From NCBI GenBank assembly GCA_963770895.1, contig CAVYRF010000001.1, forward strand, positions 1,344,001 to 1,408,000: 64,000 nucleotides of DNA, read 5' to 3'. The position numbers were made by a program, and so were the translations under genes. The stretch comes from an uncultured Acidobacteriota bacterium (GTDB taxonomy: Bacteria; Acidobacteriota; Thermoanaerobaculia; Multivoradales; UBA5704). Shown piece by piece: positions 26,806-39,069 of the stretch; position 1 is the first letter of the stretch; every line of letters begins with the position of its first letter. The notes beneath the pieces were generated by a model. It was not told the DNA's origin, ran no database searches, and worked only from the letters and a program-made list of their open reading frames with translations.

Positions 26806-29800
26806 CTACGGCGGCGGAGCCGACGGGATCACGGTGAAGGTGGCGGTATTGGACGACTGGCCGCCGTAATTGACGACTTTGACCTGCCAGGTGCCGACAG
26901 TGCCGCTGTCGAGGAGGCCGTACCGCCACTCGGTAGGGCTGACCGCGTAGCCCCAGTCGGAGGAGCTTGTGGACACGAGCCCGTCAGGGTCGGTGAACAG
27001 GAGGTATCCACCGATCGAGAAGTTGCTGCCGGTGATGACAAGCGTGTAGCGAATGGTCGTGGAAGCGGGTACGGTGGCAGGTGAGACGCTGCTGATCGAC
27101 GGCGGTAGCCCCGACCCGGTTACCAGGAAGGTGCCGAAATCGGACACCTGCCCGTCGGCGTTGACCACCTGCACCGACCAGAAACCACCCTCGCCGCCGT
27201 TGTCGAGGTCGTAGACCCATTGCGTCGAGGTGACCGAGACGATGCGGCCGGGATCGGAGGCGCTCGAGCTTTGAAGCCCGAAGGGATCCGTGAAGAGGAG
27301 GTATCCACCGCTGGTCGAGAAGTTGCTGCCGGTGACGGTGAGGGGCGCGCTGGTGGAGGCGGGCATTGTGGCGGGTGAGACGTTGCTGATCGACGGCGGC
27401 GGAGCCGTCACCAGGAAGCTGCCGGTATTCGACGCCTGCCCATCGGCGTTGACCACCTGGACCTGCCAGGTTCCGGCGATGCCGCCGTTGTCGACGTCGT
27501 AGACCCACTGCGTCGAGGTGACCGAGACGGTGCGTTCGGGATGGGCGGTGCTCGAGTCTTGGAGCCCGTTGGGATCGATGAACAGGAGGTACCCATCGCT
27601 GGTCGAGAAGTTGCTGCCGGTCACGGTGAGGGTGTTCAGCGCGGTGGTAGAAGCTGGCATGGTGGCGGGCGAGACGTTGCTGATCGACGGCGAGCCCTGC
27701 ACCTGAAAATCGAGGACGTTTGAGACCGTCCCATCTGGATTCGTAACCTGGGCGCTCCAGGTTGCATCGTTGGGTCCGAGGTTCTCGCCAAGCGTCAACT
27801 GGCCGCTGCTCACGAAGTTTGTCGTCGCGACGATGGCTGGGGATTCAGTGGTGAGGTTTGCCAGCGTCACGGTCGCCCCCGCCGCGAAGCCGCTGCCCTG
27901 CACAGTCAAAGTCTGCTGCGCGTCGACCGTAGGTACCGGATGCGGCAGGATGGCCGTGATCACCGGCGCCGGCGCACTGCTGTTGAGCACTCCAACGGTT
28001 ACGGCATTGGTGGAAGCGTATGGAGCCACCTGGCTGATCGCATCGACGCTCCACAGGCGCCCAAAGATCTGGTGGCTACCGATATCGCCGACCGTTGGCG
28101 TCCAGGTGGCGGCTCCGGCGAGGCCTTGGGCATCGCCTTGTGCCACGGGAGACAGCTGAGGTTGTCCAGAGTAGCTGGCAAGGAAAACCGCCGAGCCCGG
28201 CGCGACGTTCTGATTGGCGGTGAGACCGAGCTGGAAGCTGTCGCCCAGCGACACATCCGCTTGGTCAGGCGCCGCCGCGACGGTTACGGTAGGAGCTTGC
28301 AGCAGAGGCGTTTTCAGGTCGAACAAGCTCAAGGGTCCCGCGAACTCGGTATTGACGCCGATCACGTTCAGCAGGTCGTGCAGGGCGCCGGAGGCGATCG
28401 AAGCTTCCAGATCTCCCGAAAGGCCGACGCCGAGCGACCAATCCGGCCCGGTGTAGGACGGATCGGTGCTGTCGAGTGGCAAGGGAAAATCGATGTCGAA
28501 GTAGCCGTAACCCTTGACTTCGAAAAAGGGGGCGTCGAGCAGTTGCGTGCTGAAGATAGTGCCGGGCTCTCCCAGGTACACGCCAAGGCCGAAAGCGAGC
28601 GATGCATAAGCATCTACCTGGGCGCTGAAGCCGCCATTGCCGGCAGCGAGGGACGCCGGCGCGAGGGCGCCGTTCCATGACTCGTCTCCGACAGACGCCC
28701 ATCCTCGCCCCTTGGTATAGGCGACGCCGGCGGTAATGCTGCCGCCCAGCGAGCCCGACGGTCCATTGATACGAAGGCTGGGCGTGTTGAAGCTGGCCGT
28801 GCCCTCCACTCCGAGCGTCGGTGTGAGGTCGAGAGTGGCGGTGAAGATGCCAAAGGGAAATACCGGTAGCGGCAGGGTTGCAGGCGAGAGGGAGCAGGCG
28901 ATGCTCCCCGTCACGCCGCTACCCAGGGTCAATGAGCCGGTATTCACGCCGATGGTGACCTCACCGACAGCGCCGATCGAGAGGTCCGTTATCTCGCCGA
29001 TGCCAGCAGGCAAATCTTGCGGCGCCACGTTGCATGTGATGAATGGTGAAATGCTGGTGGATTGTTCGATCGACGCGCCGGTCAGGGTCACCAGCGGTGA
29101 CAGGTTGCCGTCGACCTTGCATGACGCGGGATCGAGCGAGTCCTGGGCCACGATTCGACCTGTCGGCACCTTTCCGGCCGGGGAGCTCGCCTGGCGACTG
29201 CGAAGATGTTTCCCCGCGTGGCTAACCTGCCCCACCAGGCCCATGGTGAGCTGGCTGAAGGCTTCTACGAGACTGGCCGGTGTCACACCGAGGACGACCT
29301 GCTGGCCGTCCGAGGTGACAACGGTTGACACGCGCGCAAGGACTCCTGACCGATCGCCACTTGCCAGGACGTCGCCGGCCACGATTGAGCGCGTCTGTGA
29401 GGTGGACCTCAGGGTGACGGTGACACTCGAAGTGCCGAGCACGTCGCTGCTCGACAGCAAGACGGTGTTCGGCGTGGGAGTGGCCAACAGGATCAGCGCA
29501 TCAGCTTCGACGTCGCCGTAGTTGGCTCGAATGACCGCCGAGGCGGGCGGCGAGGCGACCGCCTTGACCACCGCCGTTGTCGGGCCTGACGACGTGACGG
29601 TGACGAGACCGGCATCCGATGAGGTCCAGGTCACGACAGCGCCGGGAATGGCCTGGCCGCTGGCCGAAAGCACTTGGACCGCCAAGGAGGCTGCGTCTCC
29701 TGGGGCTGCAAGAGCCAGCGACCGGTCGCTGGTGAAGGCGATTTGAGGAGGTCCGGCAAGAGCGCAGCCGCTCAAGGCGGATGTGTCGGTGACGGCCGCA

Positions 29801-30717
29801 GCCGAGGTGCCGAGTGCGTTGTCGTAGGTTTTCACCTCGCCGGTAAACGTGTCCGTTACCTGCAGCTCGTACTGGACGTTCGTGGTCGCGGCGGCGAATA
29901 CCCAGAACTGTTGGTTGAGATCACAGCCGTTGACGATCTTGACCAGCATTTCCCAGTCGGACGGATCGAAGAACCAGAACAGGCCGGAGTCGTCGGATGC
30001 CAGCGGCACGACCTGGCCCTGGCCCGAGTTGCCCTGGAAATCCTTCCAGTTGACGGCGACCTTGAACCGGCCGCCTGCGAGGCACATCTGGTTGGGGCCC
30101 GCGGAACAGGTGGCCTGCGAAACGAACGTCTGCAGATGCTCAGCGCGGACAAGGCGATCCCTGGCGCTCTCCACGGGAGCCTGGTGCCGAGTGGCGGGCA
30201 CGCCGTCTGTCCTGGCCGAGGCGTCACAGGTGGCGAAGGCGCTGGTGTCAGTGATCGCAGGAGCCGACGTGCCGAGCAGGTTCTGGTAGGACCTGGTTGT
30301 GCCGGTCACCGTGTCGGCCACGGATAACGTGTAGGCAACGTTGGTGGTGGCGGCAGCGAACACCCAGAACCGCTGGTTGAGAGCGCATCCGTCGATTATT
30401 TTGACCAACATTTCCCAGTTGTCGGAATCAAAAAACCAGAAGAGGCCAGAGTCGTCTGCACCGGCGGGAACGACTTCACCAAGGCCTGTTTGTTGCTGAA
30501 AGTCCTGCCACGTGACCGTCACCTGAAAGCGCCCGCGATCGAGGCACAGGACGGTGGGTCCAGGAGTACATGCCAACAGTCCGCTGGTGGGCTGGGCCTC
30601 GGCGATAGGCGATGTCGGAGGCAAGGTGGATTTGGCTGGTTCACTCGCTCCGACGGAGCGCGCGCGAAACATCAACATCAGTGGCAAGACAAGCAGGAGG
30701 CGCCAGGTTCTGGTCAT
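26806..30717 (-). CDS. Large secreted multidomain surface protein (two Cys-containing GRF/FWFF domains, Ig-like domain, IPT/TIG-like repeats)
   Basis: Signal peptide; two copies of CL..GRF.V...DDSGLFWFFD...WEMLVKI..GC.LNQ.FWVFAAATTNV.Y; VTWTSSD Big_2-like motif; C-terminal PSIS.VSP repeats. Confidence 0.85.
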   Translation of the reverse strand: MTRTWRLLLVLPLMLMFRARSVGASEPAKSTLPPTSPIAEAQPTSGLLACTPGPTVLCLDRGRFQVTVTWQDFQQQTGLGEVVPAGADDSGLFWFFDSDNWEMLVKIIDGCALNQRFWVFAAATTNVAYTLSVADTVTGTTRSYQNLLGTSAPAITDTSAFATCDASARTDGVPATRHQAPVESARDRLVRAEHLQTFVSQATCSAGPNQMCLAGGRFKVAVNWKDFQGNSGQGQVVPLASDDSGLFWFFDPSDWEMLVKIVNGCDLNQQFWVFAAATTNVQYELQVTDTFTGEVKTYDNALGTSAAAVTDTSALSGCALAGPPQIAFTSDRSLALAAPGDAASLAVQVLSASGQAIPGAVVTWTSSDAGLVTVTSSGPTTAVVKAVASPPASAVIRANYGDVEADALILLATPTPNTVLLSSSDVLGTSSVTVTLRSTSQTRSIVAGDVLASGDRSGVLARVSTVVTSDGQQVVLGVTPASLVEAFSQLTMGLVGQVSHAGKHLRSRQASSPAGKVPTGRIVAQDSLDPASCKVDGNLSPLVTLTGASIEQSTSISPFITCNVAPQDLPAGIGEITDLSIGAVGEVTIGVNTGSLTLGSGVTGSIACSLSPATLPLPVFPFGIFTATLDLTPTLGVEGTASFNTPSLRINGPSGSLGGSITAGVAYTKGRGWASVGDESWNGALAPASLAAGNGGFSAQVDAYASLAFGLGVYLGEPGTIFSTQLLDAPFFEVKGYGYFDIDFPLPLDSTDPSYTGPDWSLGVGLSGDLEASIASGALHDLLNVIGVNTEFAGPLSLFDLKTPLLQAPTVTVAAAPDQADVSLGDSFQLGLTANQNVAPGSAVFLASYSGQPQLSPVAQGDAQGLAGAATWTPTVGDIGSHQIFGRLWSVDAISQVAPYASTNAVTVGVLNSSAPAPVITAILPHPVPTVDAQQTLTVQGSGFAAGATVTLANLTTESPAIVATTNFVSSGQLTLGENLGPNDATWSAQVTNPDGTVSNVLDFQVQGSPSISNVSPATMPASTTALNTLTVTGSNFSTSDGYLLFIDPNGLQDSSTAHPERTVSVTSTQWVYDVDNGGIAGTWQVQVVNADGQASNTGSFLVTAPPPSISNVSPATMPASTSAPLTVTGSNFSTSGGYLLFTDPFGLQSSSASDPGRIVSVTSTQWVYDLDNGGEGGFWSVQVVNADGQVSDFGTFLVTGSGLPPSISSVSPATVPASTTIRYTLVITGSNFSIGGYLLFTDPDGLVSTSSSDWGYAVSPTEWRYGLLDSGTVGTWQVKVVNYGGQSSNTATFTVIPSAPPP
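26830..27695 (-). repeat. Three ~95-aa tandem IPT-like domain repeats within the large secreted protein
   Basis: PSIS.VSPAT.PAST...L..TGSNFS...GYLLF.DP.GL..S...W.Y....G..G.W.V.VVN..GQ.S repeated three times, with visible DNA similarity. Confidence 0.85.
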
Positions 30718-30851
30718 TTACATTCGCATTCAAACGCAGCGAGCGGTGGGGGGCCAAAGCGGCAGCCGAGTCGCCCTCTTGCATGCGACTGGCGCATGAG
30801 ATTAGCAGTGCTGGCTCCCGTCGGAGTCCCCCCGGCTCTGCCGGCGGATAC

Positions 30852-32540
30852 TTACTGATTGCCGGAGGTGCCGTTGCCGCCCGGTGCCGGCGCCGGCGGC
30901 GTGCCGGCCGCGGCGGCGGGGTCGTTGGGCTGCTTGCCCAGGGCCAGGTCGGTGGGGCTGGGCAGCTGGGTGTCCTGCCAGCCGCCGCCCAGCGCTTCGA
31001 TGAGCTGGACGGAGCTGGTCATCTCCTGGATGCGCAGGTTGAGGGCGGTCTGCTGGTTGCTCAACACCGTCGTCTGGGCGGTGATCACGTTCAAGTAGGG
31101 ATCGATGCCCAGCTTGTAGCGATCGGTGGCGACGGTCAGCTGGCGCTGGGCGGATTTGACCGCGGCGTCCTGCTTGGCGACCTCCTGCGCCAGCAGGCGC
31201 ACCGAAGCCAGGTTGTCCTCGACCTGCTGGAAGGCGGTCAGCGCGGTCTGCCGGTAGTTTGCCACCGCCTCTTCCCACTGGGCGCGATACTGCGCCACCG
31301 TCGCCTTGCGCAGGCCGGCGTCAAACAGGGTTTCCGCCAGCGAGGCGCCGATCGACCAGAAGCGGCTCGGCCAGGTGAGCCAGCTGGCCAGGCGGGACGC
31401 CTCGAAGCCGGCGCCGCCGGTGAGCGTCAGGGTGGGGAAGTAGGCCGCCTGGGCGACGCCGATCTGGGCGTTGGCCTGGGCCACCAGCCGCTCGTTGGCG
31501 GCGATGTCGGGGCGCCGTTCGAGCAGCGTCGACGGCACGCTCACCGGCACCGCCGGCGCATTCGGATTGAGGGCCTGGCTGGGCAGCGAGAAGCTGGAGG
31601 CCGGCTGCCCCACCAGCACGGCGATCGCGTGCTCCAGCTGGGCGCGGGTGATGCCCACCCCGACGTCCTGCGCCTCGGTCGCCTCCAGCTGGGTTTCCGC
31701 CTGCGCCACCGCTTCGTCCGAATCGATGCCGGTTTCGTACAGGGCGCGCGTCAGCTCGAGCGACTGGCGGTAGGCGACGACCGTCGAGTCGAGCAGCTCC
31801 TTCATCGAATCTTCGCCGCGCAGCTGGAAGTAGTCGGCCGCCAGCTCCGCCTGCAGCGACAGCCTGGTGTTGGCCAGATCGGCGGCGCTGGCCTGGGCCG
31901 CGGCGACGTTGCCCGCGACGGTGTTGCGGACGCGCCCCCACAGGTCCGGCGACCACGTGGCATCGATCGGCAGCGTGTAGGTGGTGACGCGCGCGCCGGC
32001 GACCGTGCCCCCCGTCGTCCCATTGGTCTGCTGCTGCACCACCGGCTGGCGTCCGGTCGTTACCGCCGGCGCCGTGGTGACGGTGGGGAAGTACTGCGAC
32101 CGCGCCTCGGCGACCATGGCGCGCGCCGCTTCGAAGCTGTGCAGGGCGGCAGCCAGGCTTTGGTTGGATTTTTGGACCTGCTGTTCGAGGTCGTTCAGCT
32201 CGGGCACGCCGTAGGCTTCCCACCAATTGCCGCGCAGCGCGGCGTCGGTGTCCTGGGGCTGTGCCACCTTCCATACCGTGCCGTCGCTCGACTTGGCTTC
32301 GGTCTCCTTGTAGGCGGCGGCGGTGGGCGCCGTGGGCCGCTCGTAGCGCGGCCCGACGACGCAGCCGCCGGTCATGGCCGCGAGGGCGGCGGCCGCCAGG
32401 GCAAGGACAGGCAGGGCCGGCAAGGTCGGCAGGGCTGGCAGCCAGGGCCGGCGCGCGACGGTGCTGCGGTGGGTGCGGCCGTGCCGGGTGGCGGCGGCGG
32501 TCTTGTCCATGGCGGTTCCTTTGGGCAGGGTGGCGTTCAT
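30852..32540 (-). CDS. RND outer-membrane factor lipoprotein (NodT/OprM family)
   Basis: Lipobox-like TGGC-VVGPRYERP, WWEAY...ELNDL, PDLWGRVR, LLERRPDIAANER and LIEALGGGW; ATGA overlap with mdtC. Confidence 0.93.
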   Translation of the reverse strand: MNATLPKGTAMDKTAAATRHGRTHRSTVARRPWLPALPTLPALPVLALAAAALAAMTGGCVVGPRYERPTAPTAAAYKETEAKSSDGTVWKVAQPQDTDAALRGNWWEAYGVPELNDLEQQVQKSNQSLAAALHSFEAARAMVAEARSQYFPTVTTAPAVTTGRQPVVQQQTNGTTGGTVAGARVTTYTLPIDATWSPDLWGRVRNTVAGNVAAAQASAADLANTRLSLQAELAADYFQLRGEDSMKELLDSTVVAYRQSLELTRALYETGIDSDEAVAQAETQLEATEAQDVGVGITRAQLEHAIAVLVGQPASSFSLPSQALNPNAPAVPVSVPSTLLERRPDIAANERLVAQANAQIGVAQAAYFPTLTLTGGAGFEASRLASWLTWPSRFWSIGASLAETLFDAGLRKATVAQYRAQWEEAVANYRQTALTAFQQVEDNLASVRLLAQEVAKQDAAVKSAQRQLTVATDRYKLGIDPYLNVITAQTTVLSNQQTALNLRIQEMTSSVQLIEALGGGWQDTQLPSPTDLALGKQPNDPAAAAGTPPAPAPGGNGTSGNQ

Positions 32541-35500
32541 CCCGTGGCGTGCTGCGTCGCCGGGTGCGCGCGTCGCCGGGCCCGCTGCTGCTCGCGCCAC
32601 AGGCGCACGCGCTCCAGGTAGAGGTACACCACGGGAGTGGTGTACAGGGTGAGCATCTGGCTGACGATCAGCCCACCGACGATGGTGATGCCCAGGGGCC
32701 GCCGCAGCTCGGCGCCGGTGCCGGTGCCGAGGGCCAGCGGCAGCGCTCCCAGGAGCGCTGCCATGGTGGTCATGATGATCGGCCGGAAGCGCAGCAGGCA
32801 GGCCTGCCGGATGGCGTCGAGCGGGCTTGCCCCCTGGTTGCGCTCGGCGGCGATTGCGAAGTCGACCATCAGGATGCCGTTTTTCTTCACGATGCCGATC
32901 AGCAAAACGATACCGATCAGAGCGATGACGCTCAGGTCGGTCTTGAACAGCAGCAATGCAAGGGCCGCGCCGACCCCCGCCGAGGGCAGCGTCGACAGGA
33001 TCGTGATCGGGTGGATGTAGCTCTCGTAGAGGATGCCCAGCACGATGTAGACCGCCATCAGCGCGGCGGCGATCAGGTACGGCTCGGTGGCGAGCGACGC
33101 CTGGTAGGCTTGCAGCGTCCCCGAGAACAGCCCATGGACGGTCGGCGGCATGCCGACCCGTTCCTGCATGCTATTGATCTCGCGCGTGGCGTCGCTGAGC
33201 GCCAGGCCCGGCGCCAGGTTGAACGACACCGTGACCGACGGGAACTGCCCCTGGTGGTTGATGCCGAGCGGCGCGGTCTTGGGCTCGAAGTGGGCGATGG
33301 CGCCCAGCGGCACGACGCCGCCGCCAACGCTGCTGCCGCCGCTGGCGCCGGCGGCCCCACCGTTGCCGCCGGTGCCGCCGCCACCTGCCGGACGCAGATA
33401 GATCTGGTTGAGGCTTTCGGGCGTCTGCCAGAATTGCGGCGCCACCTCCATCACCACGAAGTACTGGTTGAGCGAGGTGTACATGGTCGAAACCGGCGCC
33501 TGGCCAAAGGCGTCGTACAGCGTGTTGTCGATCGTCTGCGGCGTCAGCCCCAGCCGCGCCGCGGTCCTGCGGTCGTAGACCAGCATCGCTTCCAGGCCGC
33601 TGTTCTGCTGGTTGGTGTTGACGTCGGTAAAGCCGGGAAGCTTTTTCATCTCGCGCAGCAGGATCGGCCCCCAGGTCACCAGGTCCTGCACGTTGTCGCT
33701 CTGGATGGTGTACTGGTATTGCGCGTTGCTCTGGCGGCCGCCGATGCGCAGATCCTGGCCGGCCTGCAAAAAGACGGTGGCGCCGGGCAGCGACGTCAGC
33801 TTCGGCCGCAGCCGGTTGATGATGTCGCCGGCGGTCGCGTGGCGCTCGTTGAGGGGCTTGAGGCCGATGTAGACCGAGCCGGAGTTGACGGCGCCGCCGC
33901 CGCCGGTGAACGCCATCACCGCGCCGATCGACTTGTCGGTCTTGATCATGTCGACAAAACGGCGCGTCAGCGTGTTCATCGCCTGGTAGGAGATGTCCTG
34001 CGCGCCCTGGATGCCGCCATGGATGGTGCCGTTGTCCTGCTGCGGGAAAAAGCCCTTGGGGATGGCGGTCAGCAGCACCACGTTGAGGGCGATGGTGAGC
34101 AGCAGCACGTTGAGCGTCAGCGCCTGGTTGCGCAGCACCCAGGCGAGGCTCACGTCGTACCATGACAGGATCTTGTCGAAAAACGCCTCGCTCGCGCGGT
34201 ACATGCGGCCGTGGCGCTGCATCTCCTGGTGGGGCTTGAGGAGCTTGGCGCACATCATCGCCGTGGTGGTCAGCGACACCACCATCGAAACCAGGATCGC
34301 CACCGACAGGGTGACGGCGAACTCGCGGAACAGCCGCCCCACGATGCCGCCCATCAGCAGCACGGGGATGAACACCGCGATCAGCGACAGGCTGATCGAG
34401 ATGACGGTGAAGCCGATCTCCTTGGCGCCCACCAGCGCGGCTTCCAGCGGCGTCATGCCCTGCTCCAGATAGCGCGAGACGTTTTCGATCACCACGATCG
34501 CGTCGTCCACCACGAAGCCGGTCGAGATCGTCAGCGCCATCAGCGACAGGTTGTCCAGGCTGTAATTGCACAGGTACATGACGCCGAAAGTGCCGATCAA
34601 GGACACCGGCACGGCGACGCTGGGGATGATCGTCGCGCGCAGGTTGCGCAGGAACGCGAAGACCACCAGGATCACCAGCAGGATCGAGATGATCAGCGTG
34701 CGTTCGACGTCGTGCACCGAAGCGCGGATGGTGGTGGTGCGGTCCAGGACGATGGTCAGCTCGATCGCCGCCGGGATCGACGCCTGCAAGCCGGGCAGCT
34801 CGGTGCGGATGCGGTCCACCGTGTCGATGATGTTCGCGCCCGGCTGGCGCATGATGACCACCAGCACCGCCGGCTTGCCGTTGACGTACCCCGAGGCGCG
34901 GACGTTCTGCACCCCGTCCTGCACGTCGGCGACGTCGGACAGCTTGATCGCCGCGCCGTTGTGGTAACCGACGATCAGCGGCCGGTAGTCGGCGGCCTTG
35001 AGCAGCTGGTCGTTGGCCAGGATGTCGGCGGTCGCCAGGCTGTCCGCCAGCTGCCCCTTGGGGGTGTTGGCGTTTTGCGCCCGCAGCATGCCGGCCACGT
35101 CCGGCAGCCCCAGGCCGAAGCTGTTGAGCTGCGTCGGGTTCACTTCGACGCGCACCGCCGGCAGGGCGCCGCCGCCGACGTTGACCTGGCCGACGCCGGG
35201 GATCTGCGACAGCCGCTGCTGCATGATGGTGGACGCGGCGTCGTACAGCGCGCCGCGATCCATCGTCGAACTGGTGAGCGCCACGATCATGATCGGCGAA
35301 TCCGCCGGGTTCACCTTGCGATAGGTGGGATTGGACGGCAGGTTGGCCGGCAGGTAGCTGCGCGCGGCGTTGATCGCCGCCTGCACGTCGCGCGCCGCGC
35401 CGTCGATGCTGCGGTCGAGGTCGAACTGCAGCGTGATCGAGGTGGACCCGAGCGAGCTGGACGAAGTCATTTCGGTGACGCTGGCGATGCGCCCGAACTG

Positions 35501-35707
35501 GCGTTCGAGCGGCGCCGCGACCGACGACGCCATGATCTCGGGGCTGGCGCCCGGCAGCCCCGCCGACACCGAGATGGTGGGGAAGTCGATCTGCGGCAGC
35601 GGCGACACCGGCAGGAAGCGGAACGCCACCAGGCCGGCAAGGGCGATCGCCACCGTCAGCAGGGTGGTGGCGACCGGCCGGTGGATGAACGGGGCGGAGA
35701 TGTTCAT
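32537..35707 (-). CDS. mdtC: Multidrug RND permease MdtC/MuxC-like
   Basis: [49 protein letters not shown] and [10 protein letters not shown]. Confidence 0.9.
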   Translation of the reverse strand: MNISAPFIHRPVATTLLTVAIALAGLVAFRFLPVSPLPQIDFPTISVSAGLPGASPEIMASSVAAPLERQFGRIASVTEMTSSSSLGSTSITLQFDLDRSIDGAARDVQAAINAARSYLPANLPSNPTYRKVNPADSPIMIVALTSSTMDRGALYDAASTIMQQRLSQIPGVGQVNVGGGALPAVRVEVNPTQLNSFGLGLPDVAGMLRAQNANTPKGQLADSLATADILANDQLLKAADYRPLIVGYHNGAAIKLSDVADVQDGVQNVRASGYVNGKPAVLVVIMRQPGANIIDTVDRIRTELPGLQASIPAAIELTIVLDRTTTIRASVHDVERTLIISILLVILVVFAFLRNLRATIIPSVAVPVSLIGTFGVMYLCNYSLDNLSLMALTISTGFVVDDAIVVIENVSRYLEQGMTPLEAALVGAKEIGFTVISISLSLIAVFIPVLLMGGIVGRLFREFAVTLSVAILVSMVVSLTTTAMMCAKLLKPHQEMQRHGRMYRASEAFFDKILSWYDVSLAWVLRNQALTLNVLLLTIALNVVLLTAIPKGFFPQQDNGTIHGGIQGAQDISYQAMNTLTRRFVDMIKTDKSIGAVMAFTGGGGAVNSGSVYIGLKPLNERHATAGDIINRLRPKLTSLPGATVFLQAGQDLRIGGRQSNAQYQYTIQSDNVQDLVTWGPILLREMKKLPGFTDVNTNQQNSGLEAMLVYDRRTAARLGLTPQTIDNTLYDAFGQAPVSTMYTSLNQYFVVMEVAPQFWQTPESLNQIYLRPAGGGGTGGNGGAAGASGGSSVGGGVVPLGAIAHFEPKTAPLGINHQGQFPSVTVSFNLAPGLALSDATREINSMQERVGMPPTVHGLFSGTLQAYQASLATEPYLIAAALMAVYIVLGILYESYIHPITILSTLPSAGVGAALALLLFKTDLSVIALIGIVLLIGIVKKNGILMVDFAIAAERNQGASPLDAIRQACLLRFRPIIMTTMAALLGALPLALGTGTGAELRRPLGITIVGGLIVSQMLTLYTTPVVYLYLERVRLWREQQRARRRAHPATQHATG

Positions 35708-38700
35708 GAGGGCTGTTGCGCCGGTCGCGGCGAGTGCGCCGATGGCGACGACTGCGAGGGTGCCGGCACGCCCATGGTGCCGCTGCCGCTGGCGTGGGAG
35801 CCCGAGAAGCGGACCGCCAGGCGATCGAAGAACAGGTAGACGACCGGCGTCGTGTAGAGCGTCAGCACCTGGCTGACCAGCAGGCCGCCGACCATCGAGA
35901 TGCCGAGCGGCCGGCGCAGCTCCGAACCCATGCCGCTGCCCAGGGCGAGCGGCAGGCCGCCGAGCAGCGCTGCCATGGTGGTCATCATGATCGGCCGGAA
36001 GCGCAGCAGGCACGCCTGGTAGATGGCCTCTTCGGAGCTTTTGCCCTGATGGCGCTCGGCGTCGAGCGCGAAGTCCACCATCATGATGCCGTTCTTTTTG
36101 ACGATGCCGATCAGCAGGATGATGCCGATGAGCGCGACGACGCTCAGGTCCTGCCCGGTCACCAGCAGCGCCAGGCAGGCGCCGACGCCGGCCGAGGGCA
36201 GGGTCGACAGGATGGTCAGCGGGTGGATGTAGCTTTCGTACAGCACCCCGAGAACGATGTAGACGGTGATGAGCGCCGCCAGGATCAGCAGCGGCTCGTT
36301 GGCGAGCGAGGTGCGGAACGATGCCGCGGTGCCCTGGAAGGCCGCCTGGATGCTGAGCGGCATGCCGATTTCCTGCTGCACCCGTTCGATTGCCTTGGTG
36401 GCTTCGCCCAGCGAGCCGCCCGGCGCCAGGTTGAACGAGATGGTCACCACCGGGAACTGCCCCTGGTGGTTGATCGCCAGCGGCGCGCTGCGCGACTCGA
36501 AGTGGGTGAACGCGGACAGCGGCACCGCCGCGCCGTTGGCGCCGCCGACCGCGGCCGGCAGCGCCGACCCCTGCGAGGACGTCGCCGAGGGGCCGGTCAG
36601 GCCGCCCGAAGCGCCGACGCCGGCGCTGGTGGCGGTGACCAGCGAGCCGGTGCCGGTGGCCGCCGGGCCGCCGGCGGTGGTGCCCGGTGTGGTGCCGCCG
36701 CCTGCCGCCGCGCCGGTCGAGGTCGCCGACGAGGCCAGCGCCGAGCGCACGTAGATGTCGCGCAGGTTCTTGGGATCCTGCTGGAAGGACGGCAGCGCTT
36801 CCAGGACCACGTGGTACTGGTTGAGCTGGGTGTACAGCGTCGTCACCTGCCGCTGGCCGAAGGCGTCGTACAGCGTCTGGTCGATCAGCTGCGGCGAGAT
36901 GCCCATGCGGGAGGCGGTCAGGCGATCGATCATCAGGGTGGCGGCAAGGCCGGACGTCTGCTGATCGGTGGCCACGTCGCGCAGCTCGGGCAGCGACTTG
37001 AGGCGCGCCACCAGCTTGTTGGTCCAGCTGTTCAGCTCCTCCTGGTTGGGATCTTCCAGGGTGTACTGGAACTGCGTGCGGCTGACCCGGTCTTCGACCG
37101 TCAGGTCCTGCACCGGCTGCATGTACAGCGTGATGTCGTCGACCTCTTCAAGCTTGTCCTGCAGCCGGCGGATGACCTCGGAGGCGCTCACCTGGCGCTC
37201 CTCGAGCGGCTTGAGGTTGATCAGGATGCGGCCGCTGTTGAGCGTCGTGTTGGTGCCGTCGACGCCGATGAAGGACGACAGATTGTCGACCGCCGGGTCC
37301 TGCATGATGATGCTGGCCAGCCGCTGCTGGCGCCGCGCCATGGCCGGGAACGACACCGACTGGGCGGCCTGCGAGATGCCCTGGATGATGCCGGTGTCCT
37401 GCACCGGGAAGAACCCCTTGGGCACCACCATGTAGAGCAGCACGGTGAGCACCAGCGTGGCGCCCGCGACCACCAGGGTCAGCGTCTGGTGGCGCAGCAC
37501 CCACTGCAGGGTGCGGCCGTAAAACGCGATGACGTCTTCGAAGATCCGCTCGGAGGCCCGGAACAGCCGGCTCTGCTTCGCCTTGGGCTGGTGGTGCAGC
37601 AGCCGCGAGCACATCATCGGCGTCAGCGTCAGCGATACCACCGCCGACACCAGGATGGTGACCGACAGGGTGATCGCGAACTCGCGGAACAGACGGCCGA
37701 CGATGTCGCCCATGAACAGCAGCGGGATCAGCACCGCGATCAAGGAGATGGTCAGCGACACGATGGTGAAGCCGATCTGCTCGGCGCCCTTGAGCGCCGC
37801 GGCCAGCGGCGCTTCGCCCTCTTCGATGTAGCGCACGATGTTTTCGATCATCACGATCGCATCGTCGACCACGAAGCCGGTCGAGATGGTGAGCGCCATC
37901 AGCGTCAGGTTGTTGAGGCTGTAGCCGCACATGTACATCACGCCGAAGGTGCCGACCAGCGACAGCGGCACCGCGACGCTGGGGATGATCGTCGCCGCGA
38001 CGTTGCGCAGGAACAGGAAGATCACCATCACCACCAGCGCCACCGTCAGCATCAGCTCGAACTCGACGTCGCGCACCGAGGCGCGGATGGTCGTCGTCCG
38101 GTCGGTGAGCGGCGACACCTTGACCGCCGCCGGCAGGTTGCTTTCGAGCTGCGGCAGCAGCCGTTTGATGCGGTTTACAACCTGGATGATATTGGCACCC
38201 GGCTGGCGCTGGATGTTGACGATCACCGCCGGCACGTTGTCCATCCAGGCCGCCTGCTTGATCGTTTCGACGCCGTCGATGACGTTGGCGACGTCGGACA
38301 GCAGCACCGGGGAGCCGTTGTGGTAGGCGATCACCACGTCGCGGAACGCCTTGCTGGTCAACAGCTGGTCGTTGGCGTCGATCTGGTAGTCCTGCGCCGG
38401 GCCGTCGAAGTTGCCCTTGGCCAGGTTGAGGCTGGTCGCCTGCAGCGCCGAGCGCACGTCCTCCATGTTGATGCCGTACGCCGACAGCGCCGTCGGGTTC
38501 ACCTGCACCCGCACGGCGGGCTTCTGGCCGCCGCTGATGCTCACCAGGCCGACGCCGGGCAGCTGCGCGATCTTCTGTGCGAAGCGGGTATCCGCCAGGT
38601 CCTCGATCTGCGGCAGCGGAATCGACTTGGACGTCAGCGCCAGGGTGAGGATCGGCGCGTCGGCGGGGTTGGTCTTGCTGTACACCGGCGGCGTCGGCAG

Positions 38701-39069
38701 GTCCGCCGGCAGGAAGCTTTGCGCCGCGTTGATCGACGCCTGCACCTCCTGCTCCGCGACGTCGATGTTCAAGTCGAGCGAGAACTGCAAGACGATGACC
38801 GAGCTGCCGTCCGAGCTGGTGGACGTCATCTGGTTGAGGCCCGGCACTTCGCCGAACTGCCGTTCCAGCGGCGCGGTCACCGCCGAAGCCATGACGTCGG
38901 GACTGGCGCCGGGATAGAACGTCACCACCTGGATGGTCGGGTAGTCCACCTCCGGCAGCGCCGACACCGGCAGCTGGGTGTACGCCACGAAGCCGGCCAG
39001 CAGGATCGCCGCCATCAGCAGGGCCGTGGCGACCGGCCGCATGATGAAGGGAGTCGAAGGGCTGCTCAC
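35704..39069 (-). CDS. mdtB: Multidrug RND permease MdtB/MuxB-like
   Basis: [48 protein letters not shown] and [10 protein letters not shown]. Confidence 0.92.
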   Translation of the reverse strand: MSSPSTPFIMRPVATALLMAAILLAGFVAYTQLPVSALPEVDYPTIQVVTFYPGASPDVMASAVTAPLERQFGEVPGLNQMTSTSSDGSSVIVLQFSLDLNIDVAEQEVQASINAAQSFLPADLPTPPVYSKTNPADAPILTLALTSKSIPLPQIEDLADTRFAQKIAQLPGVGLVSISGGQKPAVRVQVNPTALSAYGINMEDVRSALQATSLNLAKGNFDGPAQDYQIDANDQLLTSKAFRDVVIAYHNGSPVLLSDVANVIDGVETIKQAAWMDNVPAVIVNIQRQPGANIIQVVNRIKRLLPQLESNLPAAVKVSPLTDRTTTIRASVRDVEFELMLTVALVVMVIFLFLRNVAATIIPSVAVPLSLVGTFGVMYMCGYSLNNLTLMALTISTGFVVDDAIVMIENIVRYIEEGEAPLAAALKGAEQIGFTIVSLTISLIAVLIPLLFMGDIVGRLFREFAITLSVTILVSAVVSLTLTPMMCSRLLHHQPKAKQSRLFRASERIFEDVIAFYGRTLQWVLRHQTLTLVVAGATLVLTVLLYMVVPKGFFPVQDTGIIQGISQAAQSVSFPAMARRQQRLASIIMQDPAVDNLSSFIGVDGTNTTLNSGRILINLKPLEERQVSASEVIRRLQDKLEEVDDITLYMQPVQDLTVEDRVSRTQFQYTLEDPNQEELNSWTNKLVARLKSLPELRDVATDQQTSGLAATLMIDRLTASRMGISPQLIDQTLYDAFGQRQVTTLYTQLNQYHVVLEALPSFQQDPKNLRDIYVRSALASSATSTGAAAGGGTTPGTTAGGPAATGTGSLVTATSAGVGASGGLTGPSATSSQGSALPAAVGGANGAAVPLSAFTHFESRSAPLAINHQGQFPVVTISFNLAPGGSLGEATKAIERVQQEIGMPLSIQAAFQGTAASFRTSLANEPLLILAALITVYIVLGVLYESYIHPLTILSTLPSAGVGACLALLVTGQDLSVVALIGIILLIGIVKKNGIMMVDFALDAERHQGKSSEEAIYQACLLRFRPIMMTTMAALLGGLPLALGSGMGSELRRPLGISMVGGLLVSQVLTLYTTPVVYLFFDRLAVRFSGSHASGSGTMGVPAPSQSSPSAHSPRPAQQPS

